Shown here: piece by piece, positions 12,731 through 24,727 of the stretch
How positions within the stretch are numbered: position 1 is the first letter of the stretch
Layout: every line of letters begins with the position of its first letter
NCBI GenBank assembly: GCA_051362555.1
Contig: CM120644.1
Span: forward strand, 24,760,534-24,824,533
Length of the DNA stretch: 64,000 nucleotides
From: Lingula anatina
Taxonomy: Eukaryota > Animalia > Brachiopoda
Direction of reading: 5' to 3'
Notes under the pieces: generated by a model
Database searches by the model: none
What the model was told of the DNA's origin: nothing
What the model saw: the letters and a program-made list of their open reading frames with translations, nothing else
Made by a program: the position numbers and the translations under genes

Positions 12731-14200
12731 TTTTTATGTACAGACACAGATGCATTGCCATCACCTGCGTCTGTTGTCGCCGTCGCCGTGGCCGCCGCCG
12801 TGCACTTTCCTTGTAAACACGATAAGTGGAGGGCAGTTTTACTTTTTGGCTTTATATTTACAGAGCTGATGAATATTCATAAAATGCAGGTCAAGTTCGA
12901 AAATCAGCATGATCGGGCCATTATTGTAGAAGTTATGCTGTTTTTTTTCACTTTTTAAGCATATATGCAACACTGTAAACATATTTCAAGGAAAAGCGAT
13001 AAGCCTGTTGTCATAAAACTCACAGGAGTAATCAATCTTACTAAAACGCAGGTCAAGTTCGAAAATCGGCATGACCAGGCCACTATTTTAGTAGTTATGC
13101 TTTTTTTCACTGTTCAGTATATATGCAACACTGTAAACACAATATAAGAAAAACAGATAAGCCAATTGTCATTAAACTCACAGGAGTGGTCAATCCTGCT
13201 GAAATGCAGGTTGAGTTCGAAAACCAGCATAATCGGGCTATTATTTTAGTAGTTATGCTGTTTTTTCACATTTTCTCAGATTCAATTCTTAGGCATATTA
13301 ACAGTCTCATTATTTAATTAATAAGATACATAAAAGTGTTTGTTTGACACTTCCTGCATCTTTACAACATTGTTAGTTGATTATGTAAAAATGATGGTAA
13401 ACTTGTTATCGTGTATTGTGTATTAAAGTTTCAAAAATGGAAATAAACTCATATCATTGCAGTTTGTCAGATTCAATCATTCACTATGTTTAGAATCTCA
13501 GAATAGAAGAAATTGGACATTTAAAACTGCTCTATTGATATTTTTCTCATCTCATCAATTTTTTAGTTGATCATATAAAAATGGCAGTAAACTGTTAATT
13601 ATGTTTTATGTTAAAAATTGTTTAAAATGAAAAAAAAAAAAAACAAAAAAAAAAAACCCAAAAAAACAAAAAACATTGCTGTCTTGAACAGTGCTGTCTT
13701 GTTTACATTTTGGCATTTCCAAGTTATGACTTTGAAGTTCCATGGGCCTGAAGACCTTTGCTAGTCAAATTTTCTGAATATCCATAATACTTATATTCTA
13801 TTATTAAAAATTGATGGTAATTATGCTGTTAACCATTATCTAATATTGCATCAGAATAGAAAAAAACACAATACTGGGTGCTGCTGCCATGATGACCATT
13901 ATGGGAAAACTATGTTACTTATGATTGCCAAACTTTCAAAAAAGAAATACAGAACTAAAATGCAGCCTGAGTTGGAAAAACAGTCTAATTGACTTCTTTT
14001 TCTGGAAGTTATACCATGGGCCTGGGGCCTTATGCTTGTTACACATTTTACTGATGTTGATATTACCTGTTGAGCATAATTAAAATTTGATGTTGAATTT
14101 GCAGTTTAACATAATGTATTTTTGCGTCAGAATTGACAGGAGCCTATTTTGTTATTTCCTGCTTTTTGTCTGTACATTTGACAGCTTTGATGCCTTGTTT
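12731..14200. mobile_element. Non-autonomous interspersed element with internal ~160-bp tandem repeats (HINE/Helentron-associated type, tentative)
   Basis: Starts TTTTATG, followed by a GTCGCC-rich tract. Three ~160-bp units begin RCAGGTYRAGTTCGAAAA near 12884, 13046 and 13204. It ends near ...CTTGTTT and is absent from the homologous block at ~32390. Family assignment is inferred from architecture only, and boundaries are approximate. Confidence 0.45.
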
Positions 14201-15078
14201 CTATACGAAGCAACGACAATGCATCTTCAGTGGTCGCTTTCACATCAGCTCATCTTCGGACTAACTAGTCAGCGGATCAAATATGGCCGCCCACACTTAA
14301 AAGCAATGTTTAGTTTAAGAAATCAAAATTTAATTAGTGAACACAAACTCTTGGACCCACCCCCTGATTCCTCTCCGTATGACTGACGTTCTTGACATGT
14401 CCCCATTTCCCAGCTCCTACGCCTATGTTGGTTTTGAAAGTTTTGATTTTGATGTGCCCTGGTACAAATAGTAACAATAAATACCTTGTAAACAACTCAT
14501 AGAAGTACAATACATTCTATTTTACCACCAAAACGGCAGTTAACGCAATACTACTGGAATTTCTGCTTGCCATCACATCACGTGACCTCCACATATGGCT
14601 AGGCATTGTAATAATCTCTTAAGAGAATATTTAAAAAATTATTTATAGAAAAAACAGGGACTAATTTTGAATGTCGTAATGGATTCATAAAATATTGATA
14701 AGTACGGGAAAATTGTCGTTTCCCTCAGGAACATCTATTTTTTTGGTCAAAATAAACAGTTGTTATCCCTTTAAACTTTGCAACATATTTGAAAAGCCAG
14801 TGGTGAAGGAGCTACAAATTATTCAAACCGCGGACGATACATATCTGCCCCTGATCGGAATATTGCACTGATATTATTTGTGTTGTATTAATGGTAAAGT
14901 ACACTGTTCTGAGGAAAACTGAGACTGTTAACAATTAAAGCTCATGCTTATCACGGACGTTAATTTCCGAGGTGCAGCATCCTCCCCGGCCACCCTAAAA
15001 ACCGTCGCCGCCCCCGTCCAGTCCTCGTGAGGAAAAGAAAAAAACAAGATTGAACCTTGCAGTCTATGTAGATGGTGG

Positions 15079-15099
15079 CGAGAGAGAGAGAGGAAGTGT

Positions 15100-15159
<60 letters not shown>

Positions 15160-15190
15160 AAGAGAGAAAGTGTGTGTGAGAGAGAGAGAA
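15079..15190. repeat. Compound (GA)n/(GT)n microsatellite
   Basis: Direct reading. Similar tracts occur at 6457-6520, 20460-20545, 32940-33020 and 60066-60158. Confidence 0.95.
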
Positions 15191-16814
15191 TATGGGGGAG
15201 AGCAGAAAAATTAAAAAAAAATAATAATTAATAAATTATAAAGAATTATACCGAAGCACAATTTTGGGCTGATTGTGAAGTTTAATCACTAGCGTCTTTT
15301 TCTTGTTACCTTGATTCTGCAGAGCTATGGACTTTTATGACGTTATTTTCCTTTATGACGCATTTTTATTCTATGACATAATAAACGTCATTTCTATATT
15401 ACTTAATAACGCCATAATGTATTTCCAGACGTTGACGTTGTGATAACGTCCTGGGTTTCAAAAAACAGCGTGCTCAGAATACATGAATGGATGAAGATGT
15501 TGCATAGACGGATTGCTGCCTGGTGCTCGCTTTCATTCATGGGCAACGCGCTATATTGCTCACCTTTGAGTTTCAAATCTGTAATATTGAAAGCGTCATG
15601 AAAAGTAAAGTGTATGCGAATTGTCAACCAGATAAAAACACATTCATTCCAAGTTTATTAAGGAGCGATTTCATATACGTGATTTGCCTTCTCTATGACA
15701 AGGGCGGATCCTTATTGGGCTACATGACCGCCCGCACTTAAATTTTTCTGGAAGTACACCTACTCCCCTCCCACTCAAACCCCCCCCAAAAAGTTTATAT
15801 GGGACAACCGATATCCATTCCTCTCACAACGGGGGGCGGGATGCAAACGCACGAAAATCAGTTACAGTTATGGATTGAATTCAACGGTTTCGTGCACCAT
15901 AGTAGTCTCCAACTAATTTTTTTATCATCTCATTCTAATGATATATTAGACAACTTGATAATATAGTGTGTGGCATAGTTTACAGACGGTTTTGCTTTCA
16001 ACCACAATGTCCTAGCTCGCGACCCTCCCTCTCACGACCCCTCCCTCTTGGGGTACTGATAGTCCTGTGCGTATTTTTATTTTAGAAAGAAATAGAATTA
16101 TGCCCTGGGAAAGAAACCTGAGGTCCTGCTCGTATTTCCTTTCACTGGCGTACCGTACTTTGTCCGTCAAGATTGTGCACTGTTTGTGTAATAATGTCTG
16201 GAGCGACTTCACCGTCGACATTAAAATTGCAAAGACTACTGAAAAAAAAAAAAAAAAAAAAAAAACTGTTCTGCTGTCGATCACGTTTATTTAAATTTTG
16301 CAAAACTGAGCCTCAGTGGTATACAAAATAATCAAATATAAAGCAATTAACATCTTCAAAGCCCGTTAGATTTTACTTCTAAAACATCAAGTCGTTTAAT
16401 ATAACCAGCAAATTCTTATCTTTATCATTTGTTTTACGTTCTATACACACCATCTACCTTTTAAGACTTTTCACAGGAAAATGAAAAGAGAGAAAAGATC
16501 AACATATCGTGCATACCCGGTAGGTCAAAATGAAATCCAATGTTTGCAGTTTAAATCTGTTAGTGAAAAAAGAAAACGTATCTGCAAATGAAAAAAATAA
16601 CACGATCTACAAAAGATAGAAGCACTCAATTAAATTGATGAAATTGATTGAATCATATGAGTTCTTATGTTTCATGCACACATTTATCTAATTCATTTAG
16701 AACTTCGCCACAATTTTAACCAAATATTGCGGCGGTTATTTGTAAGTAACGTCAATTACATTTCCTCAATTATACTAATAATTTTAACATCATTAACGTT
16801 TCAAATCATGTAAG

Positions 16815-19055
16815 TCATTTCTCGTTAATATACTTATATGTGAATATTTCTCCTTTGGGAAGATCAATTAGGAGTACACATAGGTCACGTCCAGTTCCCA
16901 CAGCAAGCTCCCCGTTACTGTTGACATCAACTGACACAGGTTTCTCAATGCTGTCATTCCTTGTCAAAATTTTACGTAAAAATTTTCCGTCTAAACCAAT
17001 GACAACCACCCTTTGATTACCACTGTCAGCTATGAATATGTGTCCAAATTTATCTACGCACACTCCTCGTGGATTACTCAGTTTTCCGTCTCCACTTCCA
17101 CTTTGTCCTCGTGTTCCATATTGGAACATGACGTCACCCTGGAGTGTCACTGCATACACACAGTGGGCACTGTAGTCGCTGACTATGATTGCATTGATGC
17201 CGTGGTGGTATGCACAGCGCAGTGGACCTTTACTGCTCATTGGGATAGAAATTCTTTTAACAAGTTGAAAAGTTATCATGTCGTACACACAGATGCACTG
17301 TGCACCACTATCACACACGAACACCTTACCCTCTGTACGGCCCACAGTGACACCCCAGGGATCAGACATATCACCCTGACCAAAACATCGGATAACCTGA
17401 CCTGATGTTGAATACTGTCTACAGCATTTATCTCTGCATGTGACCACAAATCTATCGTTACTGACTGTAGTGATACAACTCACCCTTTCCTCTATACTGA
17501 TCTCACGATTACATTGACCTGTGCTAGAGAATACGGACACTGTTTTTTCCCAGTAACCATGTGCAACTAAAGTGCACCCGTCATCTGTGCACTGGATATC
17601 CAATGGTCGGCCACCAACATAAAAACGGATATTCCTCTCTGGATTATCAAGCCACGTAACTTTCTGAAATTCCATCAGCTCGGGATAGTACGCTCTCTCT
17701 TGTTTCAAACTTCCAAAACATACATCAAATGGACCCTGGTATGTTTTGGCCGTAATGGACCCCGTTTTAATGGACAGCTGTGGTTCAGGGATTTTAGGAA
17801 ACTGCAGCACAACGTCCATTTGAGTTTGACCTGGTGTAAATGTTATGTCGTTGATCTTGGTATCCAATACTGGTTCTATTGTCTCTAACTCCTGAATTTT
17901 AGTTTGGAGTTTTTTAGAGTGGGTCATGACCTCGATGTCAGAACCAGTGTCTGTGAGCTGCTGAGCGAAATCACGAATGCTCTGAATAGTAATCTTGTTC
18001 ATTTCTTGCTTGTCCTTTTCAGCTTCTAAAGTTTTTACCTGCGTGGAGGTGAGTGCCTTCACTTTTTTCGTTATTTTTTTGCTTTTGTCATCTATAGCTT
18101 TCTGCATTTTGGTGTAATCTGACTGTATTTTTGTTTCATAAGTTTTCAAGTGCTGTTTGACAGTGCTCAAATATTTGTCCGTCTGTTGACGTAAGTCCTT
18201 CTCTATTTGTTGATAGTAATCTTTAATTTCTCTTGCAATTGTTTTACTGTTTTCTTTTATCTCCTTAGCCATAGCTAATTTCTGAGAATCCACCAAACGA
18301 AGAACCTTTGTCTGACTTTCAGTCAGCCTTTCTTCAGTTTCCACAATAATTGTTTCTGTATTTTCAAAACGAGACAGTTTTTCTATAGTTAGGCATGTAA
18401 GCTTTTCTTGAAGTAGATCTCGTTGAACTTTCACCACATCCCCTATTTTTTTAAAGTCATGTTTACTGTGAGTTTCCAAAATACAATCTCTACATGCCAC
18501 GGTGTCATCCTCTTCACAATAGAATGTCAACAACTCGCCGTCGTGTTTATCGCAGAATTGAGTTTTATCTAAAACTTGCCGCAATTGTTCTCGCACGCTA
18601 GCTGGGTTAACTGAGAAATCGACATGTGACAGAGGTACAAAGTCATGTCCATTTAATGCGGGGATGCTGTCATGCAATTCACGACATGTAGCGCAGAGAT
18701 GGTTGGTTTTTGGACATCCTTGACACAGCAAAGTAGCCTCTTTATGCTTACAATACTCACAAAGTCTCCTCACATGCGCTTTCTGATCTTTCATGAAATC
18801 AGTTACTTTTCTTAGGAAGAAGTTTTTCACAAGAGTTTCTAATCCACCTGGTGGTACAGGGGCCTCTTGGCGACACACGGGACAGGAGAACTTGTTCTTG
18901 ACACCATTCTTGGCTGCATGGTCAGCAATACATTCCAGACAGAACGTGTGGTAACAGGGGAGCACTCTCGGGTCTTTATATTCCTCCAGACATATATGGC
19001 ACGTTAAAAAGTTCTCACTGAAGACGTTACACAGCTCTTTCGAAGCCATTGCCAT
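16815..19055 (-). CDS. TRIM-NHL E3 ubiquitin ligase-like protein (RING-BBox1-BBox2-CC-NHL), 746 aa, single coding exon (G3)
   Basis: Uninterrupted ORF with C3HC4 RING (CHIC-x11-CYH-x2-C-x2-C-x14-CPVC), B-box1 CEYC..CQGC..CATC..H..H and B-box2 CDKH..FYC..CRDC..H..H. NHL repeats include PWGVTV..VFVCDSG and GSGDGKLSNPRGVCVDKFGHIFIADSGNQRV. Confidence 0.96.
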   Translation of the reverse strand: MAMASKELCNVFSENFLTCHICLEEYKDPRVLPCYHTFCLECIADHAAKNGVKNKFSCPVCRQEAPVPPGGLETLVKNFFLRKVTDFMKDQKAHVRRLCEYCKHKEATLLCQGCPKTNHLCATCRELHDSIPALNGHDFVPLSHVDFSVNPASVREQLRQVLDKTQFCDKHDGELLTFYCEEDDTVACRDCILETHSKHDFKKIGDVVKVQRDLLQEKLTCLTIEKLSRFENTETIIVETEERLTESQTKVLRLVDSQKLAMAKEIKENSKTIAREIKDYYQQIEKDLRQQTDKYLSTVKQHLKTYETKIQSDYTKMQKAIDDKSKKITKKVKALTSTQVKTLEAEKDKQEMNKITIQSIRDFAQQLTDTGSDIEVMTHSKKLQTKIQELETIEPVLDTKINDITFTPGQTQMDVVLQFPKIPEPQLSIKTGSITAKTYQGPFDVCFGSLKQERAYYPELMEFQKVTWLDNPERNIRFYVGGRPLDIQCTDDGCTLVAHGYWEKTVSVFSSTGQCNREISIEERVSCITTVSNDRFVVTCRDKCCRQYSTSGQVIRCFGQGDMSDPWGVTVGRTEGKVFVCDSGAQCICVYDMITFQLVKRISIPMSSKGPLRCAYHHGINAIIVSDYSAHCVYAVTLQGDVMFQYGTRGQSGSGDGKLSNPRGVCVDKFGHIFIADSGNQRVVVIGLDGKFLRKILTRNDSIEKPVSVDVNSNGELAVGTGRDLCVLLIDLPKGEIFTYKYINEK

Positions 19056-20255
19056 GGTATTGTAACATGACCGGGTCGCACCCCGATTTTTCCTGTATCT
19101 TGATTAAGTTTATTCTTGTTAGTCCTGTTTTAGCTGAATTTTAACGATCGCTCTGCTACGTAAACATCCTGGAAAGGTAGCCGCCATCTTATAACGTCAT
19201 ACAGCCTTGACATATTTAGCATCACCTCGTGACCTTAGAATGTAAACAAACAACGGCAAGGAAGGAATGTAGACGTAAATGATGCACACGGACGACTTAA
19301 TAAAGTTTGGACAAAAAGAAAAAAAAAAAAACGCAAGGGAAGTGTTGCAGTTGGAGAAATAGTTGAAGAAGGGAAGAAATGGGAGAAGAGGCACGGCAGA
19401 GCTGAAACCGAGTTCCACTCGTCTTTGGAACCTTAATGCACGCATTAACGTAGTAGAAATTAAAACTCTTTAGTCGCATTTATTATTATTATTATTATTA
19501 ATTTATTAATTTATTTATTATTATTATTTATTTTTTTTTTTTTGTTCAGCGTCAGGCCATGAAGCAATTCTTACCTGTCATGAAGATCACAAGGCATGAA
19601 GAGGTGCAGGTGGAATTCCTGAGAGATGACCACTCCAGGTGGGAAAATCTCTACTCTCCAAGACTGTAGGAGCGTAATAAACCATGTGCCGTCAAAAAAA
19701 GAATGGGGTCATTCGGTAACGTTTCCGTGAATATTCTTTTTTATTTGAAATTTGATTCAACGTTATTATTTTTGTTATGGTCACCGAACGAAACTAAATC
19801 CTGTGCGAATGTTAACATGTATTTTAACAATAATGACTTCAACTGTTTATGATTTACTCAAGTGACTTTAGTTTTAGTTGTGTGCTATTAAAATTTTATA
19901 ATCGATTTCTACGTTTATTAGAGTTGTTTGTTTTTACCTTTTTGTGCTTGGGATATACATTCCCATGTGAAACTCAACATCTCTTCCGTCCTGCGATTGG
20001 AATGACGTGCCCACGGGACCCTCGCTCATAAATTCATATGTGATCTCATATTGTATTAATTGGTTAAAAATGTGGATTTGTTTGTTTTGGCAATCATATT
20101 TTATATTGTATTCAGTGTATTATTATTATTATTTTTGGTTTGGGGGGAGGGTGGGTGGGTCATATTTCCTTTGCTTTATTTTAGTGTAATCTCGTGATCA
20201 TATAACCGAGCTTTTATTATCGTCCAAGTTAAGGACACTGTATTGATAACGACGT
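19056..20255. repeat. Type-II upstream region shared by G3 and P2 (partner ~11250-12200)
   Basis: GGTATTGTAACRTGACYGGGTCGCAC lies directly upstream of both ATGs, and downstream blocks are collinear (e.g. AAGACTGTAGGAGCGTAATAAACCATGTGCCGTC). Confidence 0.85.
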
Positions 20256-20457
20256 ACTTAGTGCACACATGTTCAAACATTATACAGTAACCTGGCGCTA
20301 TTTTATATCATTAAATTACTTAAATTAAAATGATGTTGAGTTTAATTGGTGTAGTTTTGTACAGAGGACACAGAGAGTTGGGTAAAAGTCAAATATTGAG
20401 TTGAAACTTTAGACCAGTTTTCCGGCTAAAACTCTGGTGAAACCAGCCCCAGTGCAT

Positions 20458-20508
<51 letters not shown>

Positions 20509-20908
20509 TTGTGTGTGTTTTAGGAAGAGAGAGAGGGAGAGAGGGAGCTATCCATATCCCTGTCATTGTTCCAGGTTAGAAAACTGGGGACGTAACTCGA
20601 AAGCATCGCACATTGCGACCGAGTGCAAGAGTATTGATTGTCATAACCCACAAGTATTGGCCAGTTATGGAATCGAGACGGTTTTGCTTTTGCTCGGTCG
20701 CAATGCGCGTTGCTTTCGCGTTACAGGGCCCAGGGTCTCCGCTGCGAGAATTACAACCTACAAGGAAAACACAGCGCGTTGCATTGAATGACTTTGGTAT
20801 GTTGCCAAATTAATTTGCCTCTAGTAATTATCATTATTATTATTATCATTATTAATCGATATCACACCGTGAAATCTAAGTTGCCATTCACCAGTTGCGA
20901 TGAATGTT

Positions 20909-21023
20909 CAGAAAGAACGTGTGGTAACAGGGGAGCACTCTCGGGTCTATTTATTCCTCCAGACATATATAACAAGTTAGGAATTTCCTAGTGAAAGACG
21001 CTGTAGAGCTCTTTAGATGCCAT
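20909..21023 (-). pseudogene. TRIM-NHL N-terminal stub B (degenerate RING start)
   Basis: Minus strand reads MASKELYSVF/frameshift/..FLTCYICLEE*IDPRVLPCYHTF. A degenerate promoter cassette follows at ~21055-21150. Confidence 0.85.
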
Positions 21024-21256
21024 GTTTGTGAAAAAAACTGTTAGTGTGGGAGTAGCGCAACTCTACTCGCACGCCGCCCAGTTTTATCGCAAATAATGTC
21101 GTTTGCCTGTATGTATCGTTTAGTAGGTTATCTATAATATACCCTGAGTGTCAGAGCAACGTAAAAGCTAGCTTGCTAAATATACCTTGTGATGGAGTCG
21201 CCTGGTATTGATACTATGGGTTATATATGAAATCAAGATCGAGCTGGCAATACCGG

Positions 21257-24200
21257 TGTAACATGAAAATCTGACTCCCATGAAAATGTGACTCCCCAGT
21301 CAGATTTTCATTATGAAAATGTGACTCCCCAGTCAAATTTTCATAATGAAAATCTGACTCCCCCCGTGAAAATTTGACTCCCCCATCATAAAACTTCATA
21401 AAACTTATTTTATTTTGAGTATATGACTGTGATCTTGTAGTATGTAAAATGGATGATACGTTGGCACATTTTTTGTAGTTTGCAGTGAAAATTTTGATGA
21501 AAAAATAAGAAAATTAAAAATGAGCACATAATGAAAATCTGACTCCCCCATCATAAAACTTTATAAATCTTATTTTATTTTGAGTATATGACTATGATCT
21601 TGTAGTATGTAAAAAGGAGGATAGATTGGCACTTTTTTGTAGTTTGCAGGTGAAAAATTATGTGAAAAAGTAAGAAAATTAAAAATGTCCACTTAATCGC
21701 CTATTGTCTCCCCTATGAAAAAGTTAATTAATATTTGATGATCATTTCATCACCTTTTCGTTTAGGATACTTTAGTGATCTTGTAGTATGTAAAATGGAG
21801 GATACATTGGCACATTTTTTGTAGTTTGAAGGTGAAAATTTTAATGAAAAATAAAGAAAATTAAAAATGTGCACAAAATGAAAATCTGACTCCCCCGTGA
21901 AAATTTGACTCCCCCATCACAAAACTTCATAAATCTTATTTTATTTTGGGTATATGTCTGTGATCTTGTAGTAAGTAAAATAGTTGATACATTGGCACAT
22001 TTTTTGTAGTTTGCAGTGAAAATGTTAATGAAAAAATAAGAAAATTAAAAATGTGCACATAATGAAAATCTGACTCCTCCATGAAAATTTGACTCCCCCT
22101 CCACAAAACTTCATAAATCTTATTTTATTTTGAGTATATGACTGTGATCTTGTAGTATGTAAAAAGGAGGATAGATTGGCACTTTTTTGTAGTTTGCAGG
22201 TGAAAAATTATGTGAAAAAGTAAGAAAATTAAAAATGTCCACTTAATCGCCTATTGTCTCCCCTATGAAAAAGTTAATTAATATTTGATGATCATTTCAT
22301 CACCTTTTCGTTTAGGATACTTTATGAAAAATATATTGGAAATATTTAAAGGTTTGATGATAAAATAGTGAAAGCATGAAAAAGAAATCATGAAAATCTT
22401 TATTTTTACACCCATGAGATTTGGACTCCCATGGAGAAAAGGACCTATTTTATATTCAGTCACCATACCACTGTTTTCCACATTTTTTGCATAGAGATGG
22501 ATATTTTGTCATTATTTGAAAGTTTGATGATGAAAATTTTGGTCAATATTTTTAAAACAAGTATCCATCTTTATTCTTGTAGGTTTTGCACTCCCATGTC
22601 AAAACTCTACATTTTTAACACAAGAAATTGGCCCCATCGCCTTTTTATTTAATTCTTCTTATATAGCATACCCAACAAAACACTTGCTTTTGTTTTCCCA
22701 TTATTTTCCCCAAAGCTAGATGAAAGATAGGGGTAAATTAAGCAAAAAGGATAATAAGTATGCATTCTTGCGCCCATAGGACTTTGACGACCCATCTTAC
22801 AAATTAAATGTTTCATATTTAATATTTTTTCCTTTAAGCTACGACATATGAATAAGTTACCACCAAGCATGTCACAGTCCTATCACATTTGAAAGTTTGG
22901 TGGTGATAACTTTTGTCAAAATTAAGAATTTTTTAGCAGCATTATTCACATGTTGGTGATATTTCCTTACTATTGTGTTCTTAAATTCCAATATGATTTT
23001 TTTTAGTCAAGGGGCAAAAGTATTTTGATTTAGCCTAGTGTGCAAAGTAATCATTAAGTTTTCACTGCCACAAGGTAAAATATTGAAGAGAAGCAGAATT
23101 TTCTTGTCTCAGTGGATCCTTTTTACATTCATCTACATTTTGTTGATATTGTATGCACTTCATTGAAAAAATATTCTTTTCTGATATGACACAAAACAAT
23201 TTTTATTTTCATATAGCTTAGTGTGCAGAGTTATCATTATATATACAATGAGAAGTATGTGGAAAATAGTGATATAATGACTGAATAAAAAATAATTGTC
23301 CTTTTCATGGGTGTAGAATAAATATGATACTGAATTTCTCACTATTTTTAAAATTCAAACACTTATTGCAAAAATTTTTACCCACAAAATTTAAATATTC
23401 CACATATGTTCCAGGGGCGGATTTAGGCCGTCTTCTGGGTCTTCCAGAAGACGGTCATATTTTCAAGTTTACATTGACGGGTATCTATCTTTTTCTGTCG
23501 GAAGACGGTCAAAAATGAAGGACGGATCCACAAGGATAATTTGGAAGAGTGTCAAAAAATATCTCTGGATCCGCCCCTGTGTTCTCCATAAGAAAACTAA
23601 AAAGTAGAAACATTTAAATGTGTGCTAAATATGAAATAAGTGCTTTTAACTAGGGGAGTCAAAATCCTACGGGTACAAGAATGCAAATTTATTATCCATT
23701 TTTCATTTATTTTCACGCAGTATTTTACCATAAAACTTTTTAATATTTCCAATAATTTTTTTTCATAAGGTATCATTAAAGAAAAGTTGTCAGAATGATC
23801 ATCAAACATCAAATAAATAGCTTTTTATAGGGGAGCTATTGGGTGTTAGAAAACAAATTCTTAATTTTTCTTACTTCATGTGTTTTGTTACTTTTTTCTC
23901 TCAATTTTTTAAATGTGCACATTTTCAATTTTCTTATTTTTTCATTAAAATTTTCACTGCAAACTACAAAAAATGTGCCAATGTATCATCCATTTTCCAT
24001 ACTACAAGATCACAGTCATATACTCAAAATAAAATAAGATTTATGAAGTTTTGTGGAGGGGGAGTCATATTTTCATGGGGGAGTCAGATTTTCATTATAT
24101 GCACATTTTTAATTTTCTCATTAAAATTTTCACTGCAAACTACAAAAAATGTGCCAATGTATCAACCATTTTACATGCTACAGGATCACAGTCATATACT

Positions 24201-24727
24201 CAAAATAAAATAAGATTTATGAAGTTTTATGATGGGGGAGTCAAATTTTCATGGGGGAGTCAGATTTTCATTATGTGCACATTTTTAATTTTCTCATTTG
24301 TTCATCAAAATTCTCACTGCAAACTACAAAAAATGTGCCAATGTATCAACCATTTTACATACTACAAGATCACAGTCATATACTAAATTAATTAGAGATT
24401 AATGCATGTTTTTTTGTAGGGGAGTCAAATTTTCATAGGGGAACCACATTTTCATTATGTGCACATTTTTAATTTTTCTTTTTTTTAAAGAAAATTTTCA
24501 CCTGCAAACTACAAAAAAGTACCAATGTATCATCCATTATGCATACTACAAAATCATAGTCATTTACTCAAATAAAATGAGATTAATGAATGTTTTTTTT
24601 GGGGGAGTCAAAATTTCATAGGGGGAGTCACATTTTCATTATGAAAATCTGACTGGGGAGTCACATTTTCATAATGAAAATCTGACTGGGGAGTCACATT
24701 TTAGGGGAGTCAGATTTTCATGGTACA
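21257..24727. mobile_element. Non-autonomous Ginger1-like DNA transposon (3.5 kb)
   Basis: Termini TGTAACATGAAAATCTGACTCCC ... GGGAGTCAGATTTTCATGGTACA, with a perfect 4-bp TSD CCGG (21253-56 and 24728-31). Both arms are built from inverted ~180-bp subterminal repeats, and no transposase ORF is present. TGT..ACA ends with a CCGG TSD are the described Ginger1 signature. Confidence 0.85.
23412..23579. mobile_element. Small MITE nested in the Ginger-like element (hAT-like TIR)
   Basis: CAGGGGCGGAT ... ATCCGCCCCTG inverted termini, flanked by the direct repeat TGTTC (23407-11 and 23580-84). Confidence 0.7.

Noticed and set aside
17013-17405. Recurrent plus-strand ORFs antisense to the TRIM genes (also 44121, 54667, 63069, 2721, 29490)
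   Set aside because: These are shadows of the conserved minus-strand CDS, with inconsistent starts and stops between copies.
23839-24386. ORFs within the Ginger-like arms (also 57922-58751) and within the minisatellite (49488-51580)
   Set aside because: Low-complexity translations of tandem repeats with no transposase motifs.
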